Under the pieces are notes generated by a model. The model made no database searches. It saw nothing but the letters and a program-made list of their open reading frames with translations, and had not been told where the DNA came from. The translations under genes were made by a program, and so were the position numbers. A DNA stretch of 64,000 bases, from NCBI GenBank assembly GCA_051362555.1, contig CM120643.1:25548848-25612847 (forward strand), written 5' to 3'. Below, one piece after another: positions 59,894 to 64,000 of this stretch (within the stretch, counting starts at the first letter, position 1; every line of letters starts with the position of its first letter). Origin of the DNA: Lingula anatina. Taxonomy: Eukaryota; Animalia; Brachiopoda.

Positions 59894-62800
59894 TTAACTT
59901 ATTGAAATGAATCATCTATCTATTATTTTATGTTATTGCTTATTCTTATCCTTTTTTTTCTTTTTTTATTATTATATTTCCAAAGCGGTCCATCATTTTT
60001 TATGATGTCTATGTATCGTCTATGTATATGCATTGTATATGTAATAAAATGACCATCAATTAATTTATATTTTGACAAACATCGGGCTCGTAGCCAGAAA
60101 TTTCAAAGGGTCGGTTCTTTTTCTCAAAAAGTAGCACTTTTACCACGAAACATTCGTGAGCCTTTACCAAATTTTATCCAGAGCGGACTTTTTACCCGGC
60201 ACCCCCCCCCCCCCCCCAACCCACCACGGTCATGAGCATTTTAGAAAAAGAATCCTCTACATATCATCACACCATGCCATCCTGTCCATTATCGAAAGGT
60301 TACGAACGCCATAGCAACACAAATACAACATTCCAATGTTTGCTTTGATTACTACAAACAGTGAAGCATTGTCAACGCCCCACCCATAAATTAGCTAAGG
60401 AATATCATTGAAAAAATGTATATACATTATACCCTCTGCATAGAAAGGAAATGGTTGCCCTAAAGCTAACTATGTCAAAGTATTTATACAACTTACAAAG
60501 GCATCTGCAGCGCCTGTACAAATATAACCTCGACCGAATGCTAGTTGATATAACCTCTGGGAAATTATGTACAGATATGGAAAGTTCAAATATGTGATTA
60601 TATCTAGTTAGTTTAGAGGTCTAAGTGGCGAATTTCTGTGTGAAAATAAAGTTATCTTTTTTATGAATAACCACCAAAGCATCTTAACGCCATTGCTGAC
60701 AAATAAATAAATAAATAAATAAATAGATAAATAAACAAACAAACAAACAAACAAATAAATTGAAATTCGAGATTACCCACGGGGGTTCATAAGGGCTAGA
60801 AAAGAAATCAATTTTCGTTCTTCAAAAACAAATTTGAAAGTGATATTGAAAAACAACAATGTTTTGAATGAGGAAATATGGCGAGGAAGACATTGTACAA
60901 TAAATAAAACTAAAATTAAAATATAACTATCAAAAGTTTCATCTACATTCCTTATTTTATTGGTCTTTGCCACTCACACTTTATATACTTGAAGTGTATA
61001 TGAGATTTGTTTTGAATGTCCTACGTGTAAATATTACACCAAATAGAGGAGTTCCGTCCCAATAATTGGCCTTGGCAAGGATCCAGTGCAGGGCAAAGAC
61101 TTTTATGAAATGTATGGAAATCAAGATACTTTTATAATACTACAGAAATAGGGACATTTTTTGCTCTGTTTAATAATTACAGGAAAACTTATGTGGCGAA
61201 GGGAGTCACCGTGATGTTTTGAAATGGAATTTAAAAAATAATTATGCAATAAGGCTAATATATTATAATGGCACATTAAATTATCCTTGTTTGAAATAAA
61301 ATGCCCCCTTCCAAAATGGATTCCAGGAAAACACCACTATGTTTGCGAATCTTATTGGACTCTCACTGAGTAAGATGGATTCAATGCTTCAGAGTTTGAA
61401 AGCATTATAATTATTCTCCCGAGACATTTTTCTAGATTATGACAAATAAAGCTTGTTTATTACCTCTTTTTAACAATAGCAAATCTTATGAAATTCTGAT
61501 TTGTTTCATTCTTGCATTTTTTGTATTCCAAAATTCGGTATTCGCTAGCTTATTTGGATATATATTTTCCTGACAAATGTAAGTTCTCTTGTCCGATTCC
61601 TTTCTGTGTTTTAAAACTATTTACTATAACCGCCCTACTGTTCTGAATGTGTGAATGTGTGTGCGCGTTTGTGTATGTGCACGCTCACGTGTTTGTATGT
61701 GCGTTGAGGCATGGACATAATTAGGTCCAAGGTTGAGAGAAGAGAGAGAGGATGAAAAGAATCCATCACCTTGTTTTGGATAATCCACCACCTTCTCTTT
61801 TATAGATAACGAAGAATGCATAATAAATAAATAAATAAATAAAATCATTTCCCTATTTGTATCTTTCCCCTCTTTTTGCGTCGGTAGAAAAAAAAACGAA
61901 GTGGTAAGAAGTCCGCTGAGTGCAGAGCAGACAGTAGTCGTCGACATTTATTTTTAACGTTGTTACGTGATAGTTGTGATGATCCACCTCCTTAATAACG
62001 GGGTCATTCGGTGCAGTGTGATGTCTGGCATGTAACATACTCCTTGAAATAACACACGCGATAAAAGAAATGGGGACTAATAAATGTGTCACCGTTATCA
62101 ATTGATATAGTTATTTATTGATCGTGTTTGAGGGTGTTGGTTGAATGTTATTGTTATAAATTAAAGGATAGGCCATAAATAAACTAATTTTAACATATTT
62201 TCCGTGCAAATGAAGTGTCATGGCGCTTACTTGTGTGCCTAGAGTACGTGTGCGTATATGTACGTGCAAATGTACATGCACGCGCGAGTGTGTGCGTGTG
62301 TGTGTATGTATTCGTGCAAATGTGCATGTGTGTATGTGTTTGTCTGTTGACGGGCAATTTTGCTTCTGTGTGTTTGTTCATTCAACAATATGTGGGTGTT
62401 GGAAGGGAGAGAAATTGAGATGGGATAAATGAAATATTTCCAAACAAGGAGTAGACAAACATTATATGCGTTTTACATTTTCTGATCTCGACTGAGCTGC
62501 CCCCTCCTACTTCTCTTTTGTCCTTAAACGTCATTTGCCGTGCAGAACAACTCAACCCAACAACCAACGACCCCTTCTGCCCACTGCCTTCCCCCCCCCC
62601 CCCCCCCGCCGCCGCCGCCGCCGTCCTCCCCGTCACCCGTCATGTCTTCAATATGTCTGTAGTTATTTAAGCGTGAAGCAATAAATTCACAGTGATTTAC
62701 GTGACAACACTTTGTGTTCTTATGTAATTTTCTCTCTTTTTAGCATATGCTATTATATGCAAGTGCTGGTTATAGAGTGGATGAGACAGACCCCAAAACC

Positions 62801-64000
62801 AGGGTGCAGGGCAACTGACTTACAGTACATTCGCACTAATGCTTAGATAATTCAACAGGTCCCTTTTTTGCGTTGATGACGTTGTTCAACTCGCTTCATT
62901 CTGGGTCTAAGTAAACAGGCAAAAGAAAAATTACCGAAAATGTGAAGAAGTCGGTCCAAATGCCCTCCTTAAGCCAAAGGTAAAATCTGAAGGAATTCAA
63001 TTCTGACTTCAGTGACGTAAAGTGGATTATTAGGCGTGGAGGTGTGTTGGATTTAGATAAACTTTGCACCGATTAAGCTACCTCCTTGACGGTAAAGCAC
63101 GCAGGCGATGATAGATTGCAATGGTTTTAACTCTGTAGGAATTTTATGCAAGAAGAAAAGTTTGTCCACCCTCAACCCCAAAACATCAGTTCTGTGAAGG
63201 GAGACAGTTTCAAGACAACTTATGTGACCAGGAGAGAAAGTGCTATGTATTTGCGCCCTATTACTTCTTTTAAATTTGCACCAATCTCCAAAGATTTACG
63301 CAGTGGTTTCGTAAACGCATTCAGTGTGCATTCAGCGTTTGAGAAGACGGACCGTACAAAAAAATTCTCGTGGCGAGTATTTCTGTCTTCTCTATCACAT
63401 CTAACTTGATCAGGTTGGATAAGGATGATTTTTTCTAAAAAAACTCATAAAAAACTTTTCTAAACTAATTACTTTATATGCCCTAATCATTACAGTATTT
63501 ATACATGTGTGCCTAAGCTAAAAGATAAAGATATTTTGGGTCCTAGTTTATATGTGAAATGAAGGACTTGTTAAGTTTCTCTCTAGTGGAAGGCATCATT
63601 TTTCATAGTTGTTAAAAATTTGTCTGTAATTTCGCTTTTCTTGGAAAAAAAACAGACAGGGAGAAATGATGGTCGGTTAAAAAGGCAGATTGCAAATATC
63701 CTGGGGGAAGGGAACCAATTTCAAAGCACAACCGGTGTTCATGATACGCGTCAAAACGTTCATAATGTACGTTATTAAGGTGTCAAAATTGAATTTGGCT
63801 GTCACCCGTCAAATTGAAATCCTGCCAAAATGCATCGACACCTCTCAAAATGTGAGTCAATTGTGAATCGATTTTTTTTCTTCCTCTCCCCCTTCTCTCG
63901 TTATATCGAAATTCTCCGTTTCTATTCGTATTGCGCAAAATGATTCAAATGTGATGACAATTAATAGAGCATCCGGGGGTCAATGCGAATTGGAGTGTTT

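Overview
This is AT-rich, intron-rich animal genomic DNA (invertebrate-like, probably lophotrochozoan; the taxon is an inference), so the supplied ORF track is mostly exon fragments or noise. By splice-site and reading-phase reconstruction by hand I find four protein-coding genes. (1) The 3' end of an unidentified + strand gene rich in RPxSA motifs, ending at 1571. (2) A complete 36-exon kinesin-12 gene KIF15 on the - strand (22570->3753, about 1484 aa). Its tail carries a tandem array of duplicated exon pairs, each 210 nt = 70 aa = 10 heptads and all in frame, with chimeric B exons. (3) DNAJA2 on the + strand (22849-29276, 412 aa), head-to-head with KIF15 across a 278-bp promoter containing CHR, TCTCGCGAGA and CRE motifs. 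(4) A five-exon gene on the - strand (45094->35203, 221 aa), invisible as a whole in the ORF track, encoding a signal peptide plus one laminin-G domain, with a TATA/Inr promoter. Several MITEs (Harbinger-like, Kolobok/T2-like, others), a tRNA-derived SINE head, an approximately 0.8-kb direct repeat and microsatellites are also present. CpG appears depleted over about 1-30.5 kb and intact over about 30.5-64 kb. No convincing gene was found in about 46-63.8 kb.
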